A stretch of 64,000 nucleotides of DNA, taken from Lytechinus pictus (lineage: Eukaryota). The notes beneath the pieces were generated by a model, which was given only the letters and a program-made list of their open reading frames with translations, ran no database searches and had not been told where the DNA came from. A program made the translations under genes and the position numbers. Positions 63,118 to 64,000 of this stretch are shown here, piece after piece (within the stretch, counting starts at the first letter, position 1; each line of letters opens with the position of its first letter). The stretch lies in the NCBI RefSeq assembly GCF_037042905.1, contig NC_087257.1, positions 15,748,001 through 15,812,000 on the forward strand, written 5' to 3'.

Positions 63118-64000
63118 TGTTCAAAAATTTGAAACCAATCATTCTCATTGTTTCGAGATGAATGACTGTTAGAGTGGAGGACATTTTCAAGCAGTTTATC
63201 ACGACGACATTCAGCCAAGCAGCAAATCATTCTTAAAGAATGGAAAGTTTAGAAACATTCAAGACTTAAAACAAGACTATAATGAATCATGAGTTACAAC
63301 ATGAACAGTTTGAAATTGACGACAACATGAAGAACTTTGAATTTCAAGATGATGGACATAATAAGTTCCGAAATTCATTAAAACGTTTATTAAATTGTGG
63401 ATTGAAGAAAGACTATATAAAAGGGATATTTCAACTTGATAAGAGACTAGTTAATCTAGTAAATGTATCTCATCCTCAGGATGTATTTTTTGTGTATTTT
63501 GTGATCTAAAAGGCATATTTGATGATCACAGTTGATAAAGTATGTTATTCAAACAAGACTATTCTTACAAAGGTGCCAGATTTGATGCAGAGAGTTTGAT
63601 ATTGTCATTGCTGATTAAGAGGAGACAAAAAATACATCCTGAGGATGAGATACATTTACTAGATTAACTAGTCTCTTATCAAGTTGAAATATCCCTTTTA
63701 TATAGTCTTTCTTCAATCCACAATTTAATAAACGTTTTAATGAATTTCGGAACTTATTATGTCCATCATCTTGAAATTCAAAGTTCTTCATGTTGTCGTC
63801 AATTTCAAACTGTTCATGTTGTAACTCATGATTCATTATAGTCTTGTTTTAAGTCTTGAATGTTTCTAAACTTTCCATTCTTTAAGAATGATTTGCTGCT
63901 TGGCTGAATGTCGTCGTGATAAACTGCTTGAAAATGTCCTCCACTCTAACAGTCATTCATCTCGAAACAATGAGAATGATTGGTTTCAAATTTTTGAACA
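63118..64000. repeat. Fold-back inverted repeat in the B 3'UTR (left arm ends 63493, right arm starts 63625, 131-nt spacer, runs off window)
   Basis: 8-bp microhomology ACAAAAAA at 63625-63632. Confidence 0.9.

Larger units (their letters stand above)
38177..64000. mobile_element. Rearranged BEL/Pao LTR retrotransposon cluster (subfamilies A and B), runs off the window
   Basis: Multiple LTR copies, triple zinc-knuckle Gag, aspartic protease, Pao-type RNase H, integrase; no flanking host DNA recognised between pieces. Confidence 0.95.

Overview
AT-rich animal genomic DNA; the SINE and MITE families look echinoid (sea urchin), which is an inference from repeat style. Left half: one host gene on the minus strand, a three-dsRBD TARBP2/PRKRA(PACT)/Loquacious-family protein. 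It has 5 coding exons (21867 down to 8439, 915 nt, 304 aa; phases and GT-AG sites checked by hand) and a probable CpG-rich/YY1 promoter near 24.1-24.4 kb. Its introns and flanks carry SINEs, Helentron-type HINEs, Kolobok/piggyBac/hAT/Harbinger/Tc1 MITEs, a Penelope remnant with a degenerate hammerhead motif, and a tandem LTR-like pair. A 6.7-kb modular foldback transposon with an 8-bp TSD lies at 26309-33051. Right half (38177 to window end, at least 25.8 kb): apart from short junction fillers, all sequence comes from one BEL/Pao LTR retrotransposon family. Two subfamilies are present: an autonomous-type element A, present only in pieces and lacking the RT core, and a non-autonomous element B with an intact 871-aa Gag-protease ORF. 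The pieces are joined head-to-tail, head-to-head and as fold-backs through short microhomologies and templated patchworks, often exactly at LTR termini. The best hypothesis is an integrated, scrambled concatemer of helper and parasite retrotransposon cDNA with very large dsRNA-forming potential. An assembly or amplification chimera is not excluded.
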